Positions 58,380 to 59,460 of a stretch of 59,460 nt of DNA are shown one piece after another. Origin of the DNA: Methanobacteriota archaeon (GTDB lineage: Archaea; Thermoplasmatota; Poseidoniia; Poseidoniales; Thalassarchaeaceae). The DNA lies in the NCBI GenBank assembly GCA_019654055.1, contig BPDA01000005.1, positions 1 through 59,460 of the forward strand. Direction: 5' to 3'. Under the pieces are notes generated by a model that was not told the origin of the DNA, did not search any database, and was given only the letters and a program-made list of their open reading frames with translations. The stretch's first letter is position 1. The number at the start of each line of letters is the position of its first letter. The position numbers and the translations under genes are program-made.

Positions 58380-58992
58380 ATGAGGGTTCGAAGGCTGGCT
58401 ATGTTACTGTCCGGTCTTGTACCACACACTTGCGACTCAGTCGAACTCGAGCAGTACTCCACCGACGGCAATCTAGCGGCCCGCTGGCTAACTGACATCG
58501 CTGCGTTCGGAGACCTCTCTGAGGGATGCACGGTCGCAGACCTTGGAGCGGGCAACGGAGTTCTTGGACTGGGGGCGCTTGCGATGGGCGCTGGAAGGGG
58601 GGATTCTAGTCGAGGCCGACCAAGCAGCATGCGATGTCGCGAAGTCGAACGCCGAGTCGACGGGGTTCGCTGATTTGGTGGAGGTGATTCGGGCCAAATT
58701 TGGTTCGGATTCGGTTGATTTGAGCTCTGCTGATGTGGTAATCAGCAACCCGCCATGGGGTAGGCAGACGCCTAGGGCCGACCGCCCTTTCCTCGAGGCT
58801 ATGATTGCCACAGCGACTCCGACCCATCTGCTACACAGTGCTGAGGCCACTCACATCCAACCTCTGTTTGAGGAGCGGGGTTTGGGCGGCCGAGAGGTAG
58901 GGAGGCCGACTTCGCCCTCCCGGCGTATTCGCACCACAGTCGACAGAGGGGGAAGGGCTAGGGCTGCGTTCTGGCGCCTCACTCCTCCCTGA
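58380..58992 (+). CDS. METTL5-like N6-adenine RNA methyltransferase (frameshifted)
   Basis: ELEQYST, VADLGAGNGVLG, VISNPPWG, ADRPFL. Confidence 0.8.
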
Positions 58993-59048
58993 GCCTACGG
59001 CTCATCTCGGCCGGACCGTTCATAGGGGATTGGCCGGTCGGCGGGCCG

Positions 59049-59460
59049 ATGACCGCTGCAGCAGGCGACTTCGTCTCACCCGGATCCTCGGTGGCAATCC
59101 CAGACGGAATCGAAGCCGGTGATGGCATTCAAAGCGATTCGTCTGGCTCGGTCGCAGTGGTTACCGGGACTCTGGTCCAAAGCGACGGAACCATGTCGGT
59201 CGACCCATCGAGGCCATCGGTCAACTCGCCCCAGATAGGGGATGTAATCATCGCAGAGGTCAACCGCCTCAATCCCAAGACGGCCGAGGTCCGCGTACTC
59301 CACATCGAAGGCAAGGACGGTGGTCACAGGGACGTCCCTGCCGGGAAACTGTTCGCAGACATCTTCGTCACCAACTTCGTCGATCGCTTCCTGCCCTCCG
59401 CCGGGGACGCTATGCGCAAGAGGGACGTGGTCCGCGCGCGATAGTGGAACTCGAACCCAT
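59049..59460 (+). CDS. csl4: Exosome complex component Csl4 (3'-truncated)
   Basis: FVSPG...AGDG, PQIGDVIIAEV and DVVRAR (S1 domain). Follows the METTL5-like gene as in other archaea. Confidence 0.75.

Overview
A GC-rich archaeal chromosomal segment. Gene content points to a Thermoplasmatota genome, most likely Marine Group II / Ca. Poseidoniales (inference). The evidence is the mix of A-type ATP synthase, aIF2-gamma, eS6, uL16, Dph2, Cdc6 and Csl4 with bacterial-type gyrase, class II HMG-CoA reductase, SufBCD and large PKD/S8 surface proteases. Gene order: atpF-A-B-D, an M50-like membrane protein, panE, smc-scpA-scpB, hmgA, a repeat-rich intergenic region, an AAA+/winged-helix protein, DUF357, PIN, aIF2g, rps6e, cdc6, dph2, purine PRTase, rpl10e, EamA, aroA, DUF4105, tRNA-Ser(GCT), gyrA-gyrB, aroD, surface proteins, glutaminyl cyclase, extended tmk, DUF2085, a membrane Smr protein, a Cys-rich microprotein, sufDBC, nfu, maf, an S8 protease, rhomboid, ccmABC(D)-like genes, nmd3, an M23 peptidase, an AT-richer PD-(D/E)xK coiled-coil gene, a METTL5-like methylase and csl4. 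Many conserved genes carry 1-bp frameshifts, most likely uncorrected long-read indels, so split ORFs are merged here. No CRISPR array, transposase or integrase was seen. The best novelty candidates are: (1) a GCGTTAA/TTAACGC repeat array directly upstream of an AAA+-acidic linker-wHTH protein, next to smc-scpAB and near cdc6 and gyrAB; (2) a palindrome cluster at the gyrase promoter; (3) a membrane-anchored Smr protein; (4) an unannotated 46-aa Cys-rich protein behind sufD; (5) an S2P pseudoprotease; (6) a possibly fused CcmAB with CcmC/D and no CcmE/F in the window.
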